NCBI GenBank assembly: GCA_963761195.1
Contig: CAVXGA010000014.1
Location: forward strand, 69,058-133,057
Length of the DNA: 64,000 nt
Direction: 5' to 3'
DNA from: an uncultured Bacteroidales bacterium
GTDB lineage: Bacteria > Bacteroidota > Bacteroidia > Bacteroidales > JAADJA01
Shown here: in pieces, positions 18,444-29,693 of the stretch
How the letters are laid out: the number at the start of each line of letters is the position of its first letter
Numbering within the stretch: the first letter of the stretch is position 1
Notes under the pieces: generated by a model
Seen by the model: the letters and a program-made list of their open reading frames with translations, nothing else
Told to the model about the DNA's origin: nothing
Database searches by the model: none
Translations under genes and position numbers: made by a program

Positions 18444-18827
18444 TCAATTATTCTCCATTGTGCAACTGTCTTTTTTCCCAAACCATTTGTACCTGTTTCG
18501 GGCTATAAAGTCATAAATTTTATCGGAGAGTGTTTGGGGAATGAATTTGAAAACATTGAGCCATTTGTAAAGCCCGCCCAACTGTTTTGCAATCCTGAAG
18601 AAGGCCTCTGATTTTATAAAAGCTTTACCATTTTCGATATAAATGACTGAATCCGATTTTTCCGGGTCAACCTGGTATCTTTTCTCCAATTCCTTTGCTT
18701 CTGGTGATTGAATGCTGACATAAACGAATTTGTTAGAATGATCGTGTTTTTTAATAAACCTGACCGTCCAGCCGCATAGGTTGCACCAACCATCGAAAAT
18801 GATAATGTTGTTTTTTTCAGGAACCAT
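18444..18827 (-). CDS. DCC-family thiol-disulfide oxidoreductase (DUF393)
   Basis: 127 aa. IIFDGWCNLCGWTVRF contains the FDGxCxLC signature. Confidence 0.8.
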   Translation of the reverse strand: MVPEKNNIIIFDGWCNLCGWTVRFIKKHDHSNKFVYVSIQSPEAKELEKRYQVDPEKSDSVIYIENGKAFIKSEAFFRIAKQLGGLYKWLNVFKFIPQTLSDKIYDFIARNRYKWFGKKDSCTMENN

Positions 18828-18888
18828 TTCTTTTAAACACTTTAATAATAACAGACTTTTGATTTATTCAGATGAGGGATGGATAAAA

Positions 18889-19882
18889 TCAGCTTGTTTG
18901 TTTTAATTTTTCAATTTCCCCTCCTATTTCTACCCCTGTATTCATACCTGTTCCTGAAAATAAAAGTTCATTCACCGGGTGATTGGTTTTATAAAGCTTA
19001 ACTTCCACAACCGAAGTCATGCTCTCCCTTACCCGTTCATTCATCGCTCCAAGTTTAGGTGCTTTTAAAAGACCTGTATTTCTTTGTTGACGAGCTATCA
19101 ATTTCCAGCCGATAGTTTTTATCAGCTGCATGTATTTCGACTTTGTTATTGTCAAAGCGAAGCTTCTTTATCTTTGCACCGGTATACGTGGTGAACCTGA
19201 ATAATTTTTCGTTGATAGATAGTCCAATAATAAATCCATCAAAAGAACTTCCCAGCCATGGTATATTAGCTACCGAAGCCATCAGCGAAACATTTTGTTT
19301 TTCGAAATGATTCGATTGTATCCATATATAATATCCCGGAAATGAAGTCCCCCAGTCCTTTTCGATGTATCCATTACCTCCATCAAAGTTCAGTTCATTT
19401 CCATTTACCACAAGATTACCTGACAGGTCATGATAAAAGCTTAAAACGCCGTGGTAGCATTCCATAAATGGCACAAAGGCATACCATCCCATTACTCCGG
19501 GAGATAAATATTTTACCGGCCAGGGATGCAGTTTTCCGAACCTGATTTCTCCCGACAATTTAAGCGAATCCTGATTTATATTCAGTCTGATGCCGGTTCC
19601 GGTAAAATGATTATCGCCAATAGATAGTGAAAATTCCTTTTTAGAAAATGAAAAATGCTCAGGTTTAAAGCTTAAATACCAGGATTCTGCAGTTTTACCA
19701 TTTAAAACCTGTATAAATGCATGCTCGTTATTTGGCTCAAACGAAATTCCGGGAATAATAGCATATAGGTTTTTTGAATCTTTATCAGCAAGTTTGAAAT
19801 ACCAGCCTTCAAAATAGTTTTTTTTATTCCCGTTTCCCTGGTAAACGTCAGGCTTCCATATTTTTTTAATTCCTTCCAGCAA
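18889..19882 (-). pseudogene. tocopherol-cyclase-family protein, frameshifted near 19093-19100
   Basis: The N-terminus has YFEGWYFKL, a tocopherol cyclase family hallmark. The 275-aa ORF ends ...NYRLEIDSSSTKK.... A second frame continues ARQQRNTGLLKAPKLGAMNERVRES... to 18889. Confidence 0.6.
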
Positions 19883-19965
19883 TTGATTTCTTTTTAGTTC
19901 GTGTCAAAATTTTCTGCCGAGACTTTTGTGTATTTAATTTCATGTGAAAGTATGAATAATAACGA

Positions 19966-22005
19966 CTACAGACTGATGGTAATTTCTGATAATGCTTCTT
20001 TCACTGAATCTACCGGAAGTTTACAATCCTTTTCCGAGCAAACATAGATAAAGGTTTCTATTCCATTTAAATTTGTTTTGCAGAACTGGTAAAGTGCTCT
20101 TTGTTGTCGAGCCGCATCTGGTGATCTGCGGAAGGTAATCGCATTCAATTCTGCAAGTATTTTAAATACATTTTCACCAATGACCGCAACAGTATAAAAC
20201 GGATAAATCAGACACAGTGCGAGGATTCCCCAGTTGGAAAAAGCGGATGGATAGTGCTGCATTTTATCTGCAATACGATGCAGCATTTTATCTGCAATTT
20301 TTCGGTAATTTTCATGCTCAAGTAATCAGACTCATTAAAAACAATGAGTTTGCAAGACGATGAATTTGCTGAGGGAATTACATTATCCATCACATCAAAT
20401 TTTCTTGCAATCAGGCCGGGTTCTTCATTTGAAGTAAAATAAAACATGCCATTTTCTTCATCATAAAAATGTTTGATGGCATATTCTAAGAATGTTTGGG
20501 CCTGAAGGAGCCACTTCTCTTCGAATGTTACCTCGTAAAGCAGGATGAAAGCTTCTAGCAACAAAAGCATAATCCTCCAAAAAACCGATAACGGTTGATT
20601 TTCCTTCTTTATAACTACGGTATAATCCGCCATTCGGGGTATTCATGTTTTTCAGGAGAAAATTCGCATTTTTTACTGCACATTCCAGGTATTCATTTTT
20701 ACCTGTTGCCAGATAGGCATCAACGTATCCTTTCACCATCAATCCATTCCAGGAAGTGAGAATTTTATCATCCAGATCCGGTCTGGCTCTTTCCGATCGT
20801 TTTGAAAGTAATTTTTCCCTGCTTTCTGAAATTAAATTCCTAACTACTTCTTCCGGTTTATTATATTTTTCGGCAAGTTGGGAAATGGTCACAGCTTTTA
20901 TTAACACATTTTTCCCGTTCTCCCAGTATGCATCCTGATCGATCCCAAAATAATCAATAATAATCGGTGCATTCTGACCCAATAAATCTTCCAGTTCGTT
21001 CTTTTCCCATACGTAATATTTTCCTTCTACTCCTTCACTGTCAGCATCCAACGACGAATAAAAACCTCCCTCCGGACTTGTCAATTCCCGTTTTACAAAT
21101 TCAAGTGTTTCGATAATGATGTCTTTGTATTGTTCATCCTTTGTCAATTTGTACGCCTCAGAATAAAGTGATACAAGCTGGGCATTGTCGTACAGCATTT
21201 TTTCAAAATGAGGTATATGCCAGTGCTCATCGACCGAATAACGGGCAAATCCACCTCCAATCTGATCATAAATTCCGCCAGCTGCCATTTTTTTAAGGGT
21301 CAATTCCACGTGTGCCAAAAACTCAGGTTTACGACTTTGTGAATAATACCTGAGCAGAAACAAAAGATTATTGGGCATTGGGAATTTCGGAGCACCTTTT
21401 GAGCCCCCTTCAAGGTTGTCGAAACGAGCAGAAAAATGCTGAACCATATCATCAGTCATCTCTTTATCAAAGCCTGAGGTCCCGGCATCCGGATTAATAA
21501 AATCATTTCTTTTTATCCCCTCCGTAATCTCGGAAGCCTGTTGCAGCAGCTTTTCCCTTTGGGTTGAATACAATTGAATAATGCTATTCAGTATTTCTTT
21601 CCATTGTTCTTTCGGAAAATACGTTCCTCCCCAAAAGGGCCTTCCATCAGGAAGGGCAAAACAATTTAGTGGCCAGCCTCCCCTGCCGGAGATAAGCTGA
21701 ACGGCATCCATATAAATCTGATCCACATCAGGTCGCTCTTCGCGATCGACTTTAATGCAAATGAAATTTTCGTTCATGATTTTAGCCACCTCCTCATCCT
21801 CAAACGATTCGTGGGCCATGACATGGCACCAGTGGCATGCCGAATAACCAACACTGACCAAAATAAGCTTATTCTGTATCTTTGCTTTTTCAAGTGTTAC
21901 CGCATTCCAGGCGTGCCAGTCAACCGGATTGAAGGCATGCTGCAACAAATAGGGGCTGGTTTCATCAATGAGCCGATTTGGTTGTTGTTGTGTTTCATTT
22001 TTCAT
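19966..22005 (-). pseudogene. thioredoxin-domain protein of the DUF255/YyaL type, with two frameshifts (about 20551-20565 and 20308-20328)
   Basis: The N-terminus has [18 protein letters not shown]. The three ORFs 20461..22005, 20208..20633 and 19966..20286 read through one another as a single protein once the frame is corrected. Confidence 0.8.
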
Positions 22006-22130
22006 GGTAGTCTGATAACAATTTGTCAGATGATAAGTTTATTATTAATAACAGATACGCGTTATTATGTGATGAATTGGAGCAAAGATAAAAACCACAA
22101 AAAATGTGTATTTTTGATAAAAAAGCTGGC

Positions 22131-22928
22131 ATGAAAAAAGTATTTCCAATTTTCTTTTCTTTGATTCTTTTCATCAGCTGTGCGACTGTTCCAATCACAG
22201 GTAGGAAACAGCTTTCATTGATCCCCAATAACGAAATACTTCCGTTAAGCTTCAGCAGTTACCAGGACGTATTAAAACAAAGCAAGCTTTCGACTAACCA
22301 GGAGCAAATCCAGATGGTAAAAAAAGTTGGTACCCGTATACAAAAAGCAGTGGAAAATTATATGGCTCAAAATAAATTATCGGACGAACTCAATGGTTAT
22401 TCATGGGAATTTAACCTGATTGAGGACAAAACAGTAAATGCGTGGTGTTTACCGGGTGGGAAAGTGGCGGTTTATTCAGGAATATTGCCGGTTTGCGAAG
22501 GAGAAAATGGACTGGCTGTGGTGTTGGGCCATGAAATTGCTCATGCTGTTGCCAATCACGGACGTGAACGAATGAGTCAGGGTCTGCTTCAACAGGTCGG
22601 TGGAGTTGCACTTTCCGTTGCCCTAAAAGATGAGCCCGAAAAAACACAAGCTATATTTTACAATGCCTATGCGCTCGGATCAACCTACGGCGCTATTTTG
22701 CCTTACAGCCGCCTGCATGAATCTGAAGCAGATAAACTTGGACTTGTTTTTATGGCAATGGCCGGCTATAATCCCAACGAAGCACCCAAATTCTGGGAAC
22801 GTATGAGTAAAGTTACTGCGGGCCAGGAGCCACCGGAATTTCTTTCCACCCATCCTTCGAATGAACGAAGGATCCAGGATATTAAAGATTATATCCCGAC
22901 AGCAATGAAGTATTATAAACCGTCTTAA
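22131..22928 (+). CDS. M48-family zinc metallopeptidase, lipoprotein
   Basis: I chose the ATG at 22131, giving MKKVFPIFFSLILFISC (lipobox). HEIAHAV is an HExxH motif and ESEADKLG lies downstream. Confidence 0.8.
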   Translation: MKKVFPIFFSLILFISCATVPITGRKQLSLIPNNEILPLSFSSYQDVLKQSKLSTNQEQIQMVKKVGTRIQKAVENYMAQNKLSDELNGYSWEFNLIEDKTVNAWCLPGGKVAVYSGILPVCEGENGLAVVLGHEIAHAVANHGRERMSQGLLQQVGGVALSVALKDEPEKTQAIFYNAYALGSTYGAILPYSRLHESEADKLGLVFMAMAGYNPNEAPKFWERMSKVTAGQEPPEFLSTHPSNERRIQDIKDYIPTAMKYYKPS

Positions 22929-22929
22929 T

Positions 22930-23421
22930 TTACCGATAATATTTCTTAAGCCCTTCGATGATTTCAAGAACAGCCGGACAGGTGTAGCTGTTTTTCAAGT
23001 GTAATAGTGAATAAAGCTGGTGAAACTTTCTCCGATTGGTATGGGGATAATCCCGGCATGCTTTCGGCCTTACTTCATAAACCGAACAATAATTATCAGG
23101 AAGCAGAAACGGACAGGGCATGGTTTTGAAAATGTAATCCCTGTCCTCATCAACTCGCAAATAAGTAGCTATAAATTTATCCGTTTTTAAATTTAAAAAT
23201 TTAGACAGACGATCTATATCTGTTTCTGTAATGCGAGGACCTAACGTTTTGCAACAATTGGCACAATTCGTACATTGGATAGCTGAAAAAACTTCGTTAT
23301 GTAATTCCCTGACAACGACATCCAGATTACCGGGCCTCTTGACTTTTAAACGGGCAAAAAACTTTCTGTTTTCCTTTTCTTTCTTTTTGGCCAGTTCATT
23401 TATTTTTTCAAGGTCAAACAT
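22930..23421 (-). CDS. YkgJ-family cysteine-cluster protein (UPF0153)
   Basis: CTNCANCCKT (CxxCxxCC), plus a later CPFL...C pattern. Confidence 0.75.
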   Translation of the reverse strand: MFDLEKINELAKKKEKENRKFFARLKVKRPGNLDVVVRELHNEVFSAIQCTNCANCCKTLGPRITETDIDRLSKFLNLKTDKFIATYLRVDEDRDYIFKTMPCPFLLPDNYCSVYEVRPKACRDYPHTNRRKFHQLYSLLHLKNSYTCPAVLEIIEGLKKYYR

Positions 23422-23506
23422 TGATGAATAAATTGTTTATAAGGCTTTCTTCATAAAGCTTAGATAGAAAAACCGATGCAATTATACTCATAAAAGAGTT
23501 ATTCAT

Positions 23507-23514
23507 TAATTTTG
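23507..23514 (+). promoter_or_regulatory. candidate -7 box (TAATTTTG)
   Basis: 10 nt upstream of the ATG at 23525, implying a very short leader. Confidence 0.3.
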
Positions 23515-23524
23515 CTGAAATTTT

Positions 23525-23797
23525 ATGGGTATGGAAAAAAATTACAAAAACTGCCAGAGCTGCGGCATGCCATTGTCAAAAGATGAAAAAGGCGGGGGTA
23601 CCGAAGCTGATGGAAATAAAAGTCTGAAATTTTGCAGCCATTGTTATCAATCAGGTGCGTTTACAACTCCCGACATGACGATGGATGAAATGAAACAGCG
23701 CGTGAAAGGAAAAATGAAAGAAATGGGATTTCCGGGATTTTTAGCCGGATTTTTCACCATGAATATTCCGAAACTTGAAAGGTGGAATAAGAACTAG
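23525..23797 (+). CDS. zinc-ribbon domain protein
   Basis: 90 aa. CQSCGMPL...CSHCY gives a four-Cys ribbon. Confidence 0.6.
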   Translation: MGMEKNYKNCQSCGMPLSKDEKGGGTEADGNKSLKFCSHCYQSGAFTTPDMTMDEMKQRVKGKMKEMGFPGFLAGFFTMNIPKLERWNKN

Positions 23798-23801
23798 CCA
23801 T

Positions 23802-26315
23802 TTATTTTTTTTCACGAATTTCAGAAAGAGACTTGATATTCAGTTTCTCCTTAAATTGGTTTAAATCCATAGAAGTTTTACAAAATACGGTTTCCGTTAC
23901 TCGGGGCAACAAATCAAAATAGTTGTTACTAAAAACCCCTGCACCATCAAGTGAAAGAAAAACATTTTTTGCCAGTTTGTCAGCGGTTAATGTGATAAGA
24001 TAGCCATCATTAGTCTGACTGATTTCTTTGTTAATGATGACTTTCGGCAAATTCAGATCCTTGGAAGGAAGAAAATAAAAACTATTTTCCGCGATTATTG
24101 AATCACCCGTTGTAACAGTCGCAACTAAAAAATGATTCTCCTTAGAAATATCGCTCATATCGGCCGCTTGCATAAACAGAGGAACACGAGTTTTTAACAG
24201 TAACTGCCTCTATAGATTTCCATTTAATTGTTCCACTGAAATCCATGATTTCTAAATTCAATTTTCCGTCAAAATCCTGCCTTCGGTCAGAAATAATGTA
24301 AACTTCAACCTGATCATTCTTTTTTTCGAATGAGATGATTACATCTTTATAAGCCTCTCTTACAAAATAATGCAGCGCTTTCCAGCGATTGTAATAATCC
24401 ATACTGCTCCATGAAATAGAAGGCCAGCAATCATTCAACTGCCAGTAAAGGGTTCCCATGCAGCGCGGCATAGCCCTTCGGTGTGCTTCGATAGCCCTTT
24501 TTATCCCATAAGCCTGAACCAACTGACTTACATAATCATAATCTTCAAAATTCAATGGAATTTTATATTCTCTTGCCATATAGGTTCTGATCAATTCCAT
24601 TCCCTTTGGATGTTTTCTGGTGATTTAGCAATGCTGGTGATTGCAGGTTCATATCTTCGGGTTTCACACAGGAATCCAATGTCCGTATATCCGGAAAACC
24701 CTGAAAACCGTATTCACTCATGAACCGGCCGACTTTTTTTTCATACATTTCAAATGGTTCTTCGCCCCACCAAACACCCCAATAGTGCATGTCGCCTTCA
24801 TTGAGAGCTTCTTTGTGGCCCCAGCCAATTCGGGGAGATGAAGGAATGTATTTACTATCCGAAGAAAGTGCATTGACGGTCTGCGGCAAAATTCCTTCAA
24901 ATAGTGTAAGATAATTATGCCAAATCTCCGACGAATCGACAGCGGAGTAGTTGAGGGACTTTTGCCAGCCCCAGTTTTTCCAGCCTTCATCCACCTCATT
25001 ATTACCGCACCATAAGGAAATACATGGATGATTTCGAAGTCTTTTTACCTGATACCTTGCTTCTTGTTCAACATTTTCAAGAAAACTTGAATCACCGGGA
25101 TACATGTCGCAGGCAAACATGAAATCCTGCCAAACAAGGATGCCATTTTCATCGCAGAGATCATAAAAAATATCCTTTTCATAAATACCACCACCCCACA
25201 CCCGAAGCATATTCATGTTAGCATCCACAGCCGATTGTATGGTTTGACTGTATTTTTCATCCGTAATCCTTGAAGGGAAATTATCCAGTGGAATGTAGTT
25301 GGCTCCTTTAGCAAATATCGGTAAACCATTAATTCTGAAAAAGAAAGATTCTCCAATGGTATCCTTTTCCTGAACCAGCTCAATCTGACGAATACCAAAT
25401 CTTACCTTTTCTGAATCTTCAAAATCCCGTTGTTTTAACTTGCAGATTCAATTCATACAGCGGGTGATCACCCATTCCGTTTGGCCACCAAATCCGGGGA
25501 TTTGACAGGGTTAATTCTTTGTTAAAGTTATTGTTTCCTTTTCTCAGAGAAATTTTTTTAGAGAATTTATTTTCTTCAATTTGAATCTCAATTTCAGCAT
25601 TTTCATCCTTTGTACTTGTTATTTCTGCTTCAACTGTTATTACTGCATTGTCTTCATTAATTTCTTTTGTGGATACATGAACACCTTCTATTCTCATGCC
25701 ATTCCAGGCACGAAAAAATACCGGTTGCCATATACCCATGGTGATAAATTTTGGTCCCCAGTCCCAGCCATATTGGTAAGGCGCTTTGCGTGTAAAACCT
25801 CTTGAATCGGGGAGCAAATAAGGCAATTGAGCCGCTTTTTCCTTTTCGATTTTTTCGGGAGCCTTAAAGTGAATCATCAGATTGTTACGACCTGGTCTCA
25901 ACCATTTTTTTATATCGATTACCCATTGCCTGAACATATTATCAGCTGTCAAAATCAATGAATCATTCAGGTAAATTTCGGCGTAAGTATCAATTCCATT
26001 AAATACAAGTTCAGTGTTTTCGTAGTCAAGCATTTCCGCTACATCAAAGGTAGTCCGGTAATCCCAGTCCGATTCGCCAATCCACTGTAGCTTGTTTTCA
26101 TTATCACCAAAAAAAGGATCAGGAATAGTCTTGTTATCCATTAAATCTGTATGAATACAACCCGGAACAGCGGCCGGTGTCCAGTCTTCACTTCCGGTTT
26201 GTCTGAATTGCCAGTTCTGATTGAGTTCAATTTGATTGCCTTTTTGCCTGGAGCATGACAACAGCAAACTGATTATTAAAAAAAACAGAAGGTATAGCGG
26301 GTATTTTAGTCTCAT
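23802..26315 (-). pseudogene. GH2 beta-mannosidase with three frameshifts (about 25419-25430, 24597-24607 and 24181-24192)
   Basis: Signal/lipoprotein N-terminus. GH2 motifs: NMLRVWGGGIYE, WCGNNEV (acid/base region), FMSEYGFQGFP (nucleophile region). The fragments 25419..26315, 24563..25410 (open frame), 24142..24600 and 23802..24173 join colinearly. Confidence 0.8.
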
Positions 26316-26400
26316 TTCTTAAAGCAACAATGAACGCTAAAGTAAACAGAAATCCGCATACAAAAAATCTATTCCTGAAATTAAATGATAATTTTGTACA

Positions 26401-28872
26401 GTGATTTACCCAAAAAATTTTGAACAGAAAATCGGATTCGACATTGTCAGGCAAATGATTGCAGATTTTTGTCTGAGCCCAATGGGTATTCAATACGTTG
26501 ATAAAATACGCTTTACTTCGAATTTTGATCTTCTCGTTAAACTCCTAAACCAGGTGGATGAGTTCCGGCAACTTTTGCAAAGGGAAGGGAATTTCCCGTC
26601 GGACGATTATTTTGATCTCATTCCTGAGCTTACACGGATCAGTATTGAAGGGACTTACATCGAACAGCAAAATTTGTTCGATCTCAAATCATCGTTGCAG
26701 ACCATAGTCGCATGTGTTGATCAGATCCGTAAACAGGAATCCGAGAATTTCCCTTCACTCATCATACTTGCTGAACCGGTTCATATTGATAAGGATATTC
26801 TGAGAAAGATCGAACGGATCATCGATGATAAAGGTCAGATTAAAGATACGGCTTCATCTGAATTAGCAGATATACGAAAACAAATTATTTCAAGGCTTCA
26901 TTCTGTTGATAAGAAAATCAACACGACCTTAAAACAGGCCAAAAAATCGGGATGGATTAACGAGGACACAGAAGTTACAATCCGTAACGGACGACTTGTT
27001 ATTCCTGTGCCGGCGGCTTATAAACGACAATTAAGGGGGTTTATTCATGATGAATCAGCAACCGGACAAACCGTTTATATCGAGCCGGAAGAAATCTTTG
27101 ATACCAATAATGAAATTCGTGAATTACAGGCCGCTGAGCGAAGGGAAATGATTAAAATACTAAAGGATTTTACAGCTTTTGTTCGTCCTCACATACCTTC
27201 GCTTATGGAAGGGTACAGATTTCTTGGCCTTATCGATTTTATAAGAGCCAAGACCAGGTTTGCAAACCTCATTAACGGGATTTGTCCCGAGGTAAAAAAT
27301 GAACCTGGTTTTGACTGGTTAACGGCTGTTCATCCGCTACTTTTTCTTTCGCACCAAAAACAGAAAAAACAAGTGGTACCCCTTGAAATCAAGCTTAACA
27401 ATAAGCACAGAATCCTGGTTATTTCTGGCCCGAATGCCGGAGGAAAATCCGTTTGTCTGAAAACCATCGGATTGCTGCAGTACATGTTGCAATGCGGATT
27501 ACTCATCCCTGTGAATGAAGGTTCCGTGGCCGGTGTATTCAGTCATCTTTTTATCGATATCGGCGATGAGCAATCACTCGAAAATGATCTCAGCACCTAT
27601 AGTTCCCATCTGCTTAATATGAAATATTTTGTACTGAACGCAAATGAAGAAACGCTTTTCCTGATCGATGAGTTTGGTGCAGGAACGGAACCTCAGCTGG
27701 GCGGAGCCATTGCAGAAGCGATCCTCGAAAAACTGAACGAAAAAAGAGCTTTTGGCGTCGTCACAACGCACTATTCGAATTTAAAATTAATTGCAAAAGA
27801 AGGTAATGGAATTGCGAATGGCGCCATGCTATTCGACATGAAAGCAATGCAGCCCCTTTACAGGTTGCAGATCGGAAATCCGGGAAGTTCCTTTGCCTTT
27901 GAAATTGCAAGGAACATCGGCTTCCCAAAAAACATCCTTAAAAATGCCGAAGGGAAAACAGGGAAAAAACAGCTTGATTTTGATCAGCAATTGCAGCAAC
28001 TCGACATCGAAAAAAAGGAACTTGAAAAAAAGCAAAAAGAAATTCAGGTAGCTGATGATTTTCTCAGTGAAATGATCGATAAATACGAAAAATTAAACAA
28101 GGACCTTGAATCCAGAAAATCAGAAATCATTTCTTCAGCAAAAAAAGAAGCAACAGAGATACTCTCGAAGTCAAACAAACTGATCGAAAATACAATTCTC
28201 CAGATCCGAAAGTCTCAGGCTGAAAAAAAGCAAACCAAAAACCTGAGGGAAAAACTTAAGGAAGACGCGGATAAAATTGTTTCGGGAAAGGGAACCATAA
28301 CCCATTCAAAAGGTAAAGATCATTACAATAACAAAGTAATAAATGACCAAAGCATAAAGTCTGATGAGCAGGAAGTTCCTTTAGCAGCATCTGCTGATCC
28401 TTCATACAGCAAGGGTGATTATGTCAGGATTGTTGATCAGGATGTTTACGGAGAAGTAATTGATGTAAGGGAAGATACGATTGTTGTTTCCTTTAACTCA
28501 GTTACACTGGTCACTTCTCCTGATAAAGTTGAACATTCCGAAAAAACGGTGGCTGACAAATTCGCAAAGAAAACGCGTAACATTAATAAGACAGGTATTT
28601 TTAGCGAACTTAATGACAAATTGGCAAATTTCAAATTGCAGATTGATGTCAGAGGAAAACGGGCTGAAGAAGCACTCAGTATGGTCAGGCAATATATCGA
28701 TGACGCCCTTCTGTTAAATGCAACAGAAATAAGGATACTTCACGGAAAAGGATTTGGAATCCTGCGCACAATGATCCACGATTATTTACGAACCCAGCCT
28801 CAGATAAAGCAATTCAAAGACGAACATGTTGAACGGGGAGGACAGGGAATCACAATAGTGATACTTAAGTGA
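26401..28872 (+). CDS. mutS2: endonuclease MutS2 (MutS domain V plus Smr)
   Basis: 823 aa. MIYPKNFEQKIGFD N-terminus, Walker A GPNAGGKS and a C-terminal Smr domain (LHGKGFGILR). The start is GTG. Confidence 0.9.
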   Translation: MIYPKNFEQKIGFDIVRQMIADFCLSPMGIQYVDKIRFTSNFDLLVKLLNQVDEFRQLLQREGNFPSDDYFDLIPELTRISIEGTYIEQQNLFDLKSSLQTIVACVDQIRKQESENFPSLIILAEPVHIDKDILRKIERIIDDKGQIKDTASSELADIRKQIISRLHSVDKKINTTLKQAKKSGWINEDTEVTIRNGRLVIPVPAAYKRQLRGFIHDESATGQTVYIEPEEIFDTNNEIRELQAAERREMIKILKDFTAFVRPHIPSLMEGYRFLGLIDFIRAKTRFANLINGICPEVKNEPGFDWLTAVHPLLFLSHQKQKKQVVPLEIKLNNKHRILVISGPNAGGKSVCLKTIGLLQYMLQCGLLIPVNEGSVAGVFSHLFIDIGDEQSLENDLSTYSSHLLNMKYFVLNANEETLFLIDEFGAGTEPQLGGAIAEAILEKLNEKRAFGVVTTHYSNLKLIAKEGNGIANGAMLFDMKAMQPLYRLQIGNPGSSFAFEIARNIGFPKNILKNAEGKTGKKQLDFDQQLQQLDIEKKELEKKQKEIQVADDFLSEMIDKYEKLNKDLESRKSEIISSAKKEATEILSKSNKLIENTILQIRKSQAEKKQTKNLREKLKEDADKIVSGKGTITHSKGKDHYNNKVINDQSIKSDEQEVPLAASADPSYSKGDYVRIVDQDVYGEVIDVREDTIVVSFNSVTLVTSPDKVEHSEKTVADKFAKKTRNINKTGIFSELNDKLANFKLQIDVRGKRAEEALSMVRQYIDDALLLNATEIRILHGKGFGILRTMIHDYLRTQPQIKQFKDEHVERGGQGITIVILK

Positions 28873-28925
28873 TATAGTGGCATGTTATTTGATTAGAAAT
28901 CGCGGGTCTTTAATTAGTAAAAGAT

Positions 28926-29252
28926 ATGATTGATACATCCAAACCGGTTCATTTGAATTACCCGAATTTTGATAAGGTAATAAACAATTCTACCGTCCTT
29001 GTTGACTTTTGGGCTGACTGGTGTGCACCCTGCAAAGCGCAGGATCCTATCCTTGAAGAAGTGGCAAAGGAACTGAAAGGAAAAATCCTCATCGGTAAGG
29101 TAAATGTTGATGATAACCGCGTCATCGCATCAAAATACGGGATCATGAACATACCAACGATGATACTTTTCAGGAATGGCAAAAAACTTCATCAGTTTGT
29201 TGGTGTTCAGCCAAAAGAAAAAATATTAAAAATTATTAATAACATATGTTAA
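28926..29252 (+). CDS. trxA: thioredoxin
   Basis: 108 aa with active site WCAPC and the cis-Pro region IPTMILF. Confidence 0.85.
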   Translation: MIDTSKPVHLNYPNFDKVINNSTVLVDFWADWCAPCKAQDPILEEVAKELKGKILIGKVNVDDNRVIASKYGIMNIPTMILFRNGKKLHQFVGVQPKEKILKIINNIC

Positions 29253-29253
29253 A

Positions 29254-29688
29254 ATGGATATTCAGGCAGCAGACACCGGAAGCATTATTTCAACAATTAT
29301 TGCAATTTTAGTAATTGGTTATTTTTTGTATCATTTCATCGTCGTTCGTAAGAGAATGAACAAACCCCCATCTGAAAACATCCGAATTCTGACAGATGAA
29401 AATTTTGATAAGGTAATCCGTAATGGCGTTTCCCTTGTGGATTTTTGGGCTGCATGGTGCGGCCCCTGCAGAGTACAGGGTCCAATCGTTGATGAAGTCG
29501 CAGATGAAATGACTACGAAGGCCAATGTCTGTAAGCTGGACATTGATCAGAACCGTAAAGTCGCGGGCAAGTTGGGAATTCAGAGTATTCCGACAATGAT
29601 GATATTTAAAAATGGTAAACCTGTACAAAAATTCGTAGGGGTTAAGCCGAAGCATGTCTTGATAAATGCTATAAATTCATATTTATAA
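29254..29688 (+). CDS. membrane-anchored thioredoxin
   Basis: 144 aa. N-terminal TM helix IISTIIAILVIGYFLYHFIVV, then a thioredoxin domain with WCGPC. It starts 1 nt after the upstream trx stop. Confidence 0.8.
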   Translation: MDIQAADTGSIISTIIAILVIGYFLYHFIVVRKRMNKPPSENIRILTDENFDKVIRNGVSLVDFWAAWCGPCRVQGPIVDEVADEMTTKANVCKLDIDQNRKVAGKLGIQSIPTMMIFKNGKPVQKFVGVKPKHVLINAINSYL

Positions 29689-29693
29689 AAACA

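Noticed and set aside
25213-25398. 61-aa ORF between beta-mannosidase fragments.
   Set aside because: Hand translation shows that the frame of the 24563..25228 fragment is actually open up to about 25410 and encodes the expected GH2 sequence (DFEDSEKVRFGIRQIELV...). The 61-aa ORF is in the third frame and is spurious.
26389-26396. TAATTTTG box 4 nt before the GTG start of mutS2.
   Set aside because: The spacing would place the transcription start inside the coding sequence of a protein whose N-terminus (MIYPKNFEQKIGFD) looks complete. The real promoter is probably further upstream, so I did not list this box as a feature.
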